From contig NC_043000.1 in NCBI RefSeq assembly GCF_006345805.1, positions 163,556,001-163,620,000 on the forward strand: a stretch of DNA of 64,000 bases, written 5' to 3'. The notes under the pieces were generated by a model. That model was not told where the DNA came from. It saw nothing but the letters and a program-made list of their open reading frames with translations, and made no database searches. This document shows, in pieces, positions 51,741-64,000 of the stretch; positions within the stretch are counted from its first letter, which is position 1, and each line of letters begins with the position of its first letter. The stretch comes from Octopus sinensis. Lineage: Eukaryota. The translations under genes were made by a program, and so were the position numbers.

Positions 51741-52670
51741 AAATTATAAACCGGGGTTCGTTGTAGGTCTACTCTAAACAAAATCTCCAGCGAGCTTCCA
51801 AGCAGTTTCCATCTATTAAATTTCACTCACAAGGCGTCAGCTAATCCGAGAATATTGCTGAAATCACTTGCTTGAACCCAAAACCCCGTCGATGTGAAGC
51901 AACTTCTTAACTTACGATAAAAGAGTTCCAGGAATAATTATTCTGTTTTCTTGAAATTCTCCAAAAAAGTTCCTTATTCTGTGTCCCTTTTTAACAACGG
52001 TTGGGTATAATTTGGCTGCCACTTCTGACGGTCTGAGTGAGCTGCTACGAGTCCCTTTTTAAGTTGGTTAATTCTCCTGAAGAGAAATGTGTTGATTTTA
52101 GAAATATCTTCGAGCTAAATCTTATCGTTTCTCATTGATCTTTGTAGATTGTTAAGAAAACTGTAGATATACAAGATAAATATATTGGAATGAAGTAAGT
52201 TTATAATCTGAAAATAATATGTCATGCGCTCTATCAATATCAGATCGCAATATCGAAAAATACTTAGCTTTCTTAGATATATACAGAAGAGAGGAAGATA
52301 TGTATATCTAACACTCTCACGTATCCAAGCATGAAAACCATTTCACACCATACATACATTGAAACTGACACATATTTTTATATATTCTAGCAATTATTCA
52401 CATATATATTTTATTGAGAGTGTATTCATAATATACACTCTCTCTATATCTGTATATGTATAAACATTATATATGTAAATACACACACAGATATACGCAT
52501 ATTGACTAGGCTTCACGAGCAAACATTTACGGAGATATGTCCACGTGTGTCGCACGTTTGCTGGTGCCAAACGAAACCACAAACAGGTACAACTGCAGAG
52601 GTTGCATGAGAAGGTAAGCAAGATCAGGGCTGGTTGTAGTTTCCTTCATTTTTCTCCCTTCTCTCTTGTC

Positions 52671-52702
52671 AGCAAGAGTCTCCTTCAAAGGAGACTCTTG
52701 CT
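52671..52702. other. Perfect 14-bp-stem hairpin in unique DNA
   Basis: AGCAAGAGTCTCCT-tcaa-AGGAGACTCTTGCT. Confidence 0.85.
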
Positions 52703-53149
52703 CAGTGCACACTAAAACGCCAACCTTCACAGTCAGCGGCACGAACATATTCATACACTAATCAAATATTGGCATCGATAATTCTCTTCGATCTCCCACT
52801 TCCTTTTTCTCTTACATCCTCTCTGAACTGACTACACTGTACTGTAAGATCATCGTATGAAACCACTTCCAGTGTCCTTTATCTCCAAGATAAGTGTTTA
52901 AAGGAGATACAAACAACCTCTTTTATATAGCCTGCTACAAAAACCCGCCAATAAACACAAAGAACATAAATTTGTCCGAACACTGTACGGTAAGGACCAA
53001 TGCGCAAAAGTGTTTAATCATGTTTTGGGCGCGAACTGCATTCGTCATACTCATAATTTATTTTCGTTTTAAAACGTTTCTCTTAACGTACAAGTTACAA
53101 TTCTGTTTGGAAAGCATCTACTGTACAAGTTTAGACAGTGTCACATGAC

Positions 53150-53230
53150 AACTTGCTGGGGCTGCGCGCTGGACCCTAACAGCGTGTATTTAAAGGGAAA
53201 TTTGACAAGACAGTCAGTCGCCCGCTGACA
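53150..53230 (+). promoter_or_regulatory. Candidate Pol II core promoter (TATA-like + Inr)
   Basis: TATTTAAAG at 53187 and TCAGTC with A+1 at 53216 (-29 spacing) in a locally GC/CpG-rich unique segment. Confidence 0.35.
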
Positions 53231-54114
53231 CTCGTTGACGCTACATCGAAGAGGTCAGGGAAGAGAAAAAAAGAAGGAGAAAGAGCTGAAGATACCTCCG
53301 AAAGGTGGGGGGGCGCCACGTCAAAACGATAAAGGAGTAGGAGCCGAAACCGGGCGTGGTTCCTCCTGATGATGTCTTGAGCTAACTGGATCCTATAAGG
53401 GAGCTGCTGTAGTAGCAGACCATGAAACATGGTTGAAATTCTGTTGCTCCTTAGACGTGTACTTTACTTATCAATCCTGAAAAGAGGAAAGACAAGGTTG
53501 ACATTGGCGAAATTTGAATTTAGACCAAACAGAGCCGGAATAAGTACCACAGGGTGTTGTATCCGGTGCCGAAATGATTCTGCCAATTCACTGCTGCTAC
53601 TGTGAGAATATCCATCTTCCACGTATCTTGAATTATCACGCGTCATCATCATCATCATTTTTCTTTCCTTATTTGTTCTTCATCTCTCCTTCCTTTCGAG
53701 TTCCTTTTCCTCATTATCTACATCATTATTACAATCAAGTTGAAACGATCTTAAATACGTATCCCTAATATACGCTCTGAGATGCCTTATCCATCTTGTC
53801 TCTCAATCTTTGTAATTTCATTTATTCTCATATCACAAAATTTCTTAATTTTTTCATCTCCTCTATTCTATCATTTTGTTATCTCGCTATTTCTGCATAT
53901 TTTTCTTATTCCTCCCCCCTCTCTCCTCCCCTCTCTCTTTCTCAAACACATACATACACACACAGAAAGAAAGAAAAAGTCAAGGAAATTCAACTACCTA
54001 CCTACATACACACAGATAGATACATAATACATACATATAAAGAAATATAGATATACATATGCACACACATGATATCTGTTTACCTTTACATCTATCAGTC
54101 AATAAATCAATCTC

Positions 54115-54217
54115 TCTCTCTATCTATCTATCTCTCTATCTAATTATCTATCTATCCATCTATCTATCTACCTACCTACCTACCTACCTACCTATCTATC
54201 TATCTATCTATCTATCC

Positions 54218-54248
<31 letters not shown>

Positions 54249-54264
54249 CATCTATCTATCTATC

Positions 54265-54334
<70 letters not shown>

Positions 54335-54335
54335 A
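54115..54335. repeat. (TATC)n microsatellite
   Basis: Direct inspection. Confidence 0.95.
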
Positions 54336-54464
54336 ATCTGACACATGATACTAATATGTCTAATGCAAAAAAGCTGCTGGCAACTGTCTGTAAATTTTAA
54401 TAAGGGATTTGTCTCCAATTCCCATTTCACATCCCACTGTCTGCATCAATCAATCTTAATTGAA

Positions 54465-54504
54465 TGACGTCACCGGAAGTCGATTCTCATTCTGTTTCTC
54501 AGAA
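54465..54504. promoter_or_regulatory. CRE + ETS + STAT motif cluster
   Basis: TGACGTCA (54465-72) abutting CCGGAAGT (54473-80), plus TTCTCAGAA (54496-504). Confidence 0.4.
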
Positions 54505-54745
54505 TGCTTTCCAATATCATTAGCTTTCCCTGTCGTTTACATTAATATCTTTATTTATTTGTTTATTTTCCTGTTTCTTTTTTTTGTTTTCAAAGTTTAT
54601 AAGTATAAATAGAGATACCTGAATGTGATTGCATGACCTTCATAGATAAAAACGCTCCTATACACACATACATACATACATAAACTCTCGCATACACATA
54701 CACATGTAAATATACATACATACATAAACATGCATACATACAGAA

Positions 54746-54776
<31 letters not shown>

Positions 54777-55439
54777 CATACATACATACATACATACATA
54801 CATACATACATACATTATAACTAAAAAATCTGTAAAACTTTCCAGAAGTTTATCATTTATATATGTATATGAACATGTCTAGATATAAGCATGGCTAGAA
54901 TACACGTATAAAACATACAAATCTGCACGTACATACATACATATCTTGTTGATGTTGAAATTCCAATGAAGGAGACTTGGATCTAGGTTAGAAACCGGTT
55001 CTTTCTCTATTGGCAGGAAAACCTGAAATAAACTGAATAATGACATATATACATACATACATACATACATACATACATACATACATACATTCGTACATAC
55101 ATACATACGTACATACATACATACGTACGTACGTACGTACATACATACATACATACGTACATACATACATACATACGTACATACATACATACATACATAC
55201 ATACATACATACATACATACATACCTGGTGATGAAGTGGCCAAACGCTTAGAGCATCACAAAATGAATTGCGATAATTGTTCCGTGTCTCGGTTGCAAAG
55301 AGTCCAAATCAAAACTTGCTTATCTTTGTCTTTTATCTTCTTACTTCGATAAATAAAGTACTCGGCGGAAGTGAGAAATTTGACAGAGCTGTTAGTTACA
55401 TCGTTGTCTGTGGTGTCTTTCAGCATTTATTCTGGTTGT

Positions 55440-55735
55440 TTTGAAGGCGCTTGGTATAGTTATTCGGCTTACGATCGTCAGGTCGGGATTTCGTTTCGTG
55501 GCGTCTCGTTGTGTCCTTGAGCAAGACGTTTTATTTGACGTTTCTTTAGTCCACTCAGCTGGCAATAATGAGTTGTACTTGTGATACAAAGGGTCAGCCT
55601 TGTCTTATTCTATGTCATACTGAATCTCCCTGAGAAATACATTAAGGGTGCTCAGCCACTTGCACGTAAACTTCCCGAGCTGGCTGTCCCATTGATCGGA
55701 TGAACTGGAACCCTCGTCACTGATGCAGTGCCAGT
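55440..55735 (+). mobile_element. SINE family C (decayed)
   Basis: gttgtgtccttgagcaagac...gtccactcagctggca...ctcagccacttgcacg. Confidence 0.8.
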
Positions 55736-55934
55736 TTTTTTTTTATTATTATTCTGGTTGTTTTCACTCTGAGTTCAGATTCTAGCTAGGTATCGACATG
55801 TAAACCACACCGATAGCTACAGTTAATCACCCGATTTTGAGGTTCACTTTTGATTATGACAACAATTGTTGGGAAAAGGTTGTGCACCCCCATAACTGCA
55901 TCATTTGAATTATGTCGATTGTTATTATGAGATA

Positions 55935-56130
55935 TAAGGTGGTGAGCTGGCAGAATCGTTAGTGCGCCGAGCAAACTGCTTTGCGGCATTTCGTCTGTCT
56001 TTACGTTCTGAGGTCAAATTCCGTCCAGGTCGACTTAGCCTTTTATCCTTTTGGAGTCGATAAATTAAGAATCTATGAAACACTGGGGTCTCTCAAGTTT
56101 TCAGGTTTCTTTGTGTCTTTACTAGAAAGG
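55935..56130 (+). mobile_element. SINE family A
   Basis: aaggtggtgagctggcagaatcgttag... Confidence 0.85.
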
Positions 56131-56727
56131 ATCATTATGAGATATTTTATATATCTATAACTCTTTACATATGTATAAATGTATGTGCGTGTGTACATAT
56201 ACATTCATTTGTTGTGTGACGAAGATACTGAAATTTTAGGGGACAATTTAATGGAACCAACAACAAAGCGTACGAGCTAATGTATATAAATCACTGACGG
56301 GGGAAAACTCGCCCACTGCTTATACAGTTTGCAAGGTAAGGGTCAGTTATGATAATTATATGGCCTCATAACCAAAAAGAAATCGGTATTTTTTTATATA
56401 GATTACGTAAACTTGTAGTAACTCTTCTTTATACACTAGTCCTACCACTGAAGGTATCAGACACATTATGTCATACCATATAATAAATAATATTCCGGTT
56501 CGGCTAAAGAGAAAGATAGAATAAGCACCACACTTCAAAATAAGTACCGATAGTCGATTTGATCGACTAAACACTTCGACACGATCCTCTTGCATGAATG
56601 CAGTTCAGTGACGGAAACCAGAAAAAAGAGTAAAATAATATATGACCTATATAAGAAATGCAGTAAACATTTAAAGGTACTTGGTGAGGGTTGTGTGTTT
56701 TAACTATCATTGTTATTAGTGCCGCCA

Positions 56728-56922
56728 AGGAAGCGAGCTGGCAGAAATGCTGAGCGGCATTTCGTCTGTCTTCACGTTCAGATTTCGAATTTCACCGAAG
56801 TCGATTTGCTTTTTATTCCTTTCGGAATCGATAAAATAGTTACCAGCTGAAAAGTGGAGGTCGATATAATCTACTTGCTCCCTCCACCGAAATTGCTGAT
56901 CATCTGCCAAAATTTGAAACCA
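56728..56922 (+). mobile_element. SINE family A
   Basis: gcgagctggcagaaatgctgagcggcatttcgtctgtc... Confidence 0.75.
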
Positions 56923-58672
56923 TTATTATTCTCAACTAGTCACTCCGTTGTCCAGTTGAGGACTGTGACGCAAAACCTAATGTGCTGTGATTGCTGCTTG
57001 GTACCAGCCCCAAAGCAACGATCACAAACAGTCAGCCTCTATGGAGTAGACTCCTATTGAAAAGTATTTCAGTCTTAACAATCCCATTTTCCTTAAGCGC
57101 AAGGAATGCAGGATAACACATTATCCAATATTCCCTCTTCTAATATGTCGATGAACAAATTGAGGGATATCTAATTGCTATTTCTAGCAGGTTGATGCCT
57201 ATGTAAAGGCTCCATCACTGGCTTGGGCGTACAATGGTTAGTTTCAAATGGGTTGTGTAGTAATGGGCATGCTGTAGTTTCTCCATTCATTAGAGTGTAA
57301 AAAATAAATAGAATAGTTTAGGCGGGAGTAAAAACTTTACTTCAACGTCATTGGAGTCATTCACTCGGTTGCATAAATGACACAGGAACGATAATGTAAT
57401 CAACTTTACTCTTCTCTAAACATATGAAATCCTCTGTTTAAAGTGTTTGTTGCTGTGGTTATCGTTGTCGTTGTGATTGTTGTTGTGGTTGTTGTTGTTG
57501 TGACTTGTTATCGTTAATAATTTTAATTCAATATGAATCTTAATGAATGGCGATCAAATTTTCTAGCGAGTAAATTAAAATTCTGACCTATGTCCACTGG
57601 ATATAATTATAGGTTTTATACTCTTGAGTAATTTAATTCAAATTCCATGACTTCTACCCGTGGTACGGAAAACAGATTTTTTGAAAGAGTGTATAGGAAA
57701 TTAGATTGACTACAGAACACGCCTAAAATTTATTTTATTGATCCCATACAATTAGAACGGTAAAAGATAAAGTGGACCTCGCCGAGATTCGAACACAGAA
57801 CTGCACGATATTTTGTCCGCTAACTTACTGATTTTTTTCCACTCGCCTACGCTGTTATAATAATTATTTCTAATACAGACGAAATGTCGCACATTTTAGA
57901 GGAAAGAGAAGTCACTGATTAAATTGATCCCCCAGGATTGATTGGGACCTTATTTTCATTGATCACGGAAGAATGAAAGGCAAAGTTGACCGTGGCATGT
58001 TTTGAACTCAGAACGTAAGAGTGTTACTGGTACAACACCATAACTCATTTGTCAGTTACGGTGACTGACAGAATCAGAAGAGCCTCTGGCAAAATTCCTT
58101 CGGGTATTTAGTTATGACCGTTTACACTGCGTGTTCAAATCCTGCTCAGGTCGACTTTATAGCAATAAAATAAGAGATAGTGAAGCAGTGAAGCAGTGAA
58201 GCCGATTTCATCGACTAAAATTGCCCCAAATTTTATATATATATCAGTTCTTGTCTTTCTCCTCCACCTTCTCGTCTTCCTCCTCCTCCTCCTCATCATC
58301 ATCATCATCATCCTCACCACTACCACCAACCTTCATTATCAGCATTATCATCATTATCATCATCATCATCATCATCATCAACAGACCAATGTAGTGGCAG
58401 AAACAGTAGAGTGCAAAACTAGATATCTTACTGCCATAATACTTGAACCAATGTGGAAGCTCATTATTATTGCCTATTAGTAATAGTAGATGTAATAAAA
58501 GTAGTAGCATCATTCTCATTAAAATTAATTCCTTTATCGCCATCATCATCATCATTATCAACATCATCTATGGCTTATAGAGAAACGATCATTATGGTTG
58601 TTGTTGTTCATGATGACTATGATAATGAGGGGGGAGAAGGCAGAGGACGCTGTTATTGTCGTTCTTGATGCG

Positions 58673-58815
<143 letters not shown>

Positions 58816-59108
58816 TCTGAAGTCCAACTAATAAAAGCAATATATCACTCAATCACACAACATTTGACACAGCTTAGGCGTAGTAATTAACAGGATAGCA
58901 AGTGAAATAGAAACTAAAATTAATTAACTAATTAGTCGGTCTAATTAAAATTAATGACCTAGGATGTGTATTATGGCGGAGATAGATCATTTATCACGCG
59001 GAGTATGGAGTACGTACAGTTGTGATGCTAGCCACAAATAGACGAACAACACAGACACACAAACACACATACACTTTTACACTCTGAAGTACATACACTC
59101 ATTTATAA

Positions 59109-59430
59109 CTGGCTCTCCGTCGGTTACGACGACGAGGGTTCCAGTTGAGCCGATCGATGGAACAGCCCGCTCATATTATTAACGTACAAATGGCCGAGCA
59201 CTCCACAGACACGCTTACTCTTAATGTAGTCCTCAGGGAGATTCATGTGATATAGAATGTGACGGGGTTGGCTCCTTTGAAATACAGATGCTACACATTT
59301 ATGCGAGCTGAGTGGACAGGAGGAAAGTGAAATAAGTGTCTTATTCAAGTACGCAACCCGCTGCTGGTTATCAAACTCACGGCCTTACAACCTTGAAGTG
59401 AATACCCTAACCACTTAGCCACGCACCTTC
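59109..59430 (-). mobile_element. SINE family C
   Basis: ctccgtcggttacgacgacgagggttccagttga...taccctaaccacttagccacgcacc. Confidence 0.85.
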
Positions 59431-59818
59431 ACACATACACTTACATACACACATACATACATACGTACATTTGTATACGTGTGTGTGTGTGTGTGAGGTG
59501 TGCGTGTGTGTATGTGTGTGTGTGTCTATTTCTACGTATGTATGTTATGTACACATGGCATCAGATTCGTAGTAAGATTCGCGAATAGCAAATACCAGAA
59601 ACTCGAAACTTATGATTTAAAAGGTGATTACTATGTTTTTATAGAAACTGAAGATGAATACGATCATATATCAAACTCTCTCTCTCTCACTCTCTCTTTC
59701 CCCTCGCTCTCTCTTTCTCTCTCTCCTTCTCTTTTCCCTCCTTCTATCTTTCACTCCTTTTACATATGTATATCACACGTATGAACATTCATGAGTCGAT
59801 AGATTAATACACAGGCTC

Positions 59819-59932
<114 letters not shown>

Positions 59933-59946
59933 GTGTGCGTGTGTAT

Positions 59947-60200
59947 GGAGGCGCGTGGCTTAGTGGTTAGGGTGTCAGCATCAGGATCGTGAGATTGTGG
60001 TTTCGATTCCTGGACCGGGCGACGCGCTCTGTTCTTGAGCAAACACTTCATTTCACATTGCTCCCGTCCACTAAGCTGGCAAAAATGAGTGATGCTGCGA
60101 TGGACTGGCGTCCTGTCCAGTTGGGGAACACATTTGGTATTGAAACCGGGAAACCGGGCCCATGAGCTTGGCTAGGCTTTAAAAAACGGTGCATTTATTT
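59947..60200 (+). mobile_element. SINE with family-C-like head/CORE and a different 3' tail
   Basis: gaggcgcgtggcttagtggttaggg...gtccactaagctggcaaaaatgagt then gcgatggactggcgtcc...gaaaccgggaaaccgggccc. Confidence 0.85.
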
Positions 60201-60203
60201 TAT

Positions 60204-60278
<75 letters not shown>

Positions 60279-60319
60279 ACATTCATAATACAGACGATAC
60301 ACACACACACACAAATTTA

Positions 60320-60482
60320 AAAGCCTGATAGCTAATATTAGTAATAGAGTGTCTAACCTTTCTTCCTCTAAAGACATTTCCGAGAAAGCTGTCCTCTATT
60401 ATAGCAATGCCGAGCCAATAATGCCTTCAAAGATAAACTAATAATTCCTCTAGTTATTATCATAATAATAATAATAATAATA

Positions 60483-60521
<39 letters not shown>

Positions 60522-61455
60522 CAACAATAACAATAATAATACATCTTGTGGCATCAAAGATAAAGTGATCTGTTCTACTCTAGGCACAAAGCCCGAAATT
60601 TTGGGGGAGAGGGCCAGTCGATTAGATCAACCTCCAGTACGAAGCTGGTACTTAATTTATCGACCCCGAAAGGGTGAAAGGCAAAGTCAACCTCGGCGGA
60701 ATTTGAACTCAGAACGTAAAGGTCGACGAAATACCGCTAAGCATTTTGCCCGGTGTGCTAATGTTTCTGCCAGCAATCTCTTTAGTATTAATCAGAATGA
60801 TGATGATTAATAATAGGCCAAAGAAAATTATTTGGGTCACCCCTCCCTTTTCCCTAAATATAAAAAATAACATAGATAAAAGATTCTTGTCTCTCCTCGA
60901 CAAACACTTTCCAGCAACTCACAGACATAAGAAAATATTTAATAGGCATTCTATGATATTATCATATAGTTGCTGTCCCAATATGAAGAGTATCATTACA
61001 CGTGGTCAATATCAGGAGCCTAAATCCAGTTACAGCTCTCGCGACCCAAGATTCTGTTCACTTGACCAACTGTATATGGTTAAATCTATCATATATGAAG
61101 CAGAAGTTACTGTTACCCTAAATATTAATACAACAGATAAGAAGGTCTGTATTGGATTTTATGCCAATCACATAGCCTCCTTCCGAAATAAGGACAAAAG
61201 CAAAGCTACTAAGTTGGCTAGCTACGTATATTAGAAAGATAACGAAACATCACTTGTGATTAAGTTGAAGGTAATTGAGAAATCCATACATTACGTTAAT
61301 TGATCGAAATGTATGCTTTGTTTAGCTGAAGGAGTGCAGACTCTGTTCAGATCTAAGATTCCTAACTCTCTACTGTACTCTAGGTCATAAACTTTCAGCG
61401 GTTGCAGACATATGTATAAATATATTTTGAAGAATTGGAAAATTCTCCGATTAAC
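60320..61455 (+). pseudogene. Penelope-like element (Naiad/Neptune type) RT thumb-linker + GIY-YIG endonuclease remnant
   Basis: KSLIANISNRVSNLSSS, IIWVTPPFS, FLSLLDKHFP, KIFNRHSMILSYSCCPNM, IIYEAEV..KVCIG, NHIASF, KLASY, CMLCLAE, GCRHMYKY in order; interrupted by (AAT)n, a SINE and in-frame stops. Confidence 0.88.
60572..60776 (-). mobile_element. SINE family A nested in the Penelope-like remnant
   Basis: ttctactctaggcacaaagcccgaaatttt...ctaatgtttctgccagc. Confidence 0.9.
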
Positions 61456-61619
61456 TTGTTGATATCTTTCCAACGTTATAATTTGAGTTCTAAGGAGGAT
61501 AACTCTTTTCCCTTTTTATTTTTTGCTTTTTACATTTTAGATTTTGTGTTTTTGTTTTGTGTTCCGTTTTTCGTTTTCCATATGCTACGTTTTCTATATG
61601 CTGCCTTCTTAGTTTTTAA

Positions 61620-62095
61620 CGTGGATATACAGTAGAAAACCGCAACACTGCAATATTTGTCAGTAACAGACAGAAAGGTTCTCGTAGCGGTGGTGGAATT
61701 GCTAAAGCCGGATTTCTGTGTCCTTGCGTATCATCAGTAATAAATATCCACTACCAACTGTATGGTTAGACAAATTTTATTTGATGTAGCGAATTATTGA
61801 TGTAGAAAATTATTGATTTACAATTCACTGGTGGCGTAAATAGCTGGCTGGTTGGATTAAAAACTCGCTATTAGCAACGGAAGCAGTAGTATTTCAGAAT
61901 AGCTTTCTGTATAGCTTCTTTAGTGTAGATATACAATAGAAAGTTAAAACACTGTGGTATTCATCATGAGAAAATATCTCGTATAGATGTATAGTACTAA
62001 AAAGTGCAAAAATGTATCAGCTGCAGACGAAAGGCATTCAGCAGTTTAAATGGAATTGCTAAATCTGGGTTTCTGCATCTTTGTATTAGGGCTTC
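61620..62095 (+). repeat. Diverged direct repeats downstream of the PLE ORF (homolog at ~31620-31760)
   Basis: gatataca.tagaaa...aacactg...tatt and tggaattgctaaa.c.gg.tttctg at ~61624 and ~61928; similar start at 31622. Confidence 0.55.
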
Positions 62096-62612
62096 CGTTT
62101 CTTGCAGTGCCAAAATATACTGAATAGATGAAAAGACATGATCTACCAAGTTCAGTCTAACATCTTTCCATTGTTACTCATAAGAAGCTTTGAACTCCAG
62201 GTTTAATCATTTGACTTCAAATTCATTCGGTAAAAAAGTGTTTCGAGCAAAATTTCTTGACGTTGATGTGACTTACTATATTTAATGGTTGATTTTTGTA
62301 ACATTGCAAAGTTTTGTTGGAATTAGGATGTAGTGTAATGTTGCTGCTGTTTCTAAAACGTCTAATGGTCTCTTTCAACAGCTCAAACATACATGTGTAC
62401 ATACATCAGAAAGTAAGGTATCATATGAGGACTATTCGGCTACTCTTTTCAAAAGATCCGGCCGTGCCCCTCCAACTGCATCATGCATGGGCTGAGGGTC
62501 CACAGAAGGAAGCATGTAGAGACACACTCGATGGATAATGCATACATACATACCTATATACATACATACATACTTACACACACACACACGTACACACACT
62601 CACACACACACG

Positions 62613-62649
<37 letters not shown>

Positions 62650-64000
62650 TAGTAGCTAATACCATTAAGTCCAGCAACTGTGTATTAGTTCCTGTTTTAT
62701 TGCGTGAGTTTCGAGGACATATTTCGTCGGGAAATGGGAAAAGCAAGTGATTCCTTCTCATGAAACACAGCAGAGAAATGGTGATAAGTAAATAAAATAT
62801 TTAGCTTTATCAATAATAGCAATGCTGAAAATTTAAATAATTCAAAATATTAACGTTTGGATGTTTTGCATCTCAAATCAAATGTCGTGGTCACTTCCCT
62901 ATCGATGTGGCGAATATTTGGCTTTTGCGGATGTTCATTTTGTAGCTACTTAATAACACGCGAGGATACACACGCAGAAGAAAAAAAAACATGCGTGTTT
63001 ACATGTGTGCGTGTGTGTTTGTATGTGGTGTGTGTGTATGCTACTTATATGTGTGCATGTATGCGTGTGTCAGATGAAATCCGAATTTCTCTTGTTTTCA
63101 ATTTTTATTCTTTAGTTTTTCTTTGTTACCTCTTTAGTTTCTTACTACTCGTGACACGAGATTATATGTTCCGACGATCATGACTCAGGAGTTACTGTTT
63201 CAAACCTAAGTCTTATATTTCCAAATATGGTTTTAGGTTTTCAAATCAGATCTTGTTATTTCAACTCTGGTGTTAGAATCTCGAACCTTAATCTATTTGC
63301 ACTTAATTGTTGTAAGGCTTTACATTAACGTTGTCCTATCTTTGTGAAAAAAAGAACCAAAAGCAAATATAAAGACAAACACGCATATTATGGTGTTTGT
63401 TCTGTGAATCAATATGCTAACGTATCTTTCGATCTGCAAGTATCTGTGTGTGTGTGTGTGTGTGTGTCCTTCTATGTGAATACATGCGTTTGTGTGAGGG
63501 ATGAAGAGCAAGGAAGATAGTGAGATATATAGGGAGGTACGTATATAAGTGTGTGTGTATACTTATACAAATATACAGCGTTAAAGTTTAGATAGAAAAT
63601 GCATTGACCAGAATAAATCTAAGATCAAAACTTAATCTAGAAGCAAGGATAAATAAAATATGATATTAAGAATAAGTGAAAAATATATGGTAGATCTAAG
63701 ATACTGCTAAATAGCTGCTATGACTGAGCTGACAGGTTTTCTAACACACACACACATACACGCACACATCCATCCATACATACAATCATACATACACACA
63801 TACATACATACATACATACATACATACATACATACATACATACATACATACATACATACATACGTACATACATACATACATACATAAGTTTCACGCCATA
63901 CAGAATGCCAATGTGAGGTTCGAGTCGCAAGAAAGGAATTCACTTTAAAGAAACTACATACTCTAGACATGTATTGAGCACTCTCTTCATTCGTCGACAA

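Noticed and set aside
61232-61455. Selenocysteine read-through in the Penelope-like ORF
   Set aside because: The conserved Cys positions use TGT/TGC. The in-frame TGA is not at a Cys position and is accompanied by TAG/TAA stops, indicating ordinary decay.

Overview
This window is AT-rich, microsatellite-saturated animal DNA, intergenic or deep-intronic. The SINE repertoire and simple-repeat load resemble an octopus/coleoid cephalopod genome (inference from remembered repeat families, not a search). I found no confident host protein-coding exon; nearly all listed ORFs are simple-repeat translations or decayed transposons. Recognisable elements: at least four tRNA-derived SINE families, CR1/L2-like and RTE-like LINE fragments, three mariner derivatives, a Helitron/Helentron Pif1 fragment, a fold-back MITE, two minisatellites, and a Penelope-like (Naiad/Neptune-type) RT-thumb/GIY-YIG remnant at about 60.3-61.5 kb. 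The most notable unannotated signal is a set of minimal type-I hammerhead-ribozyme motifs from several unrelated repeat families, most next to (TA)n tracts and most with a self-complementary helix III. Two of them sit in long near-perfect DNA palindromes at 34.0-34.2 and 34.9-35.2 kb. Other leads: a pre-miRNA-like hairpin at 5.5 kb, a pseudo-tRNA clamped by a 22-bp inverted repeat, a 60-bp inverted templated insertion in a TA tract, a TATA+Inr candidate promoter and a CRE-ETS-STAT motif cluster.
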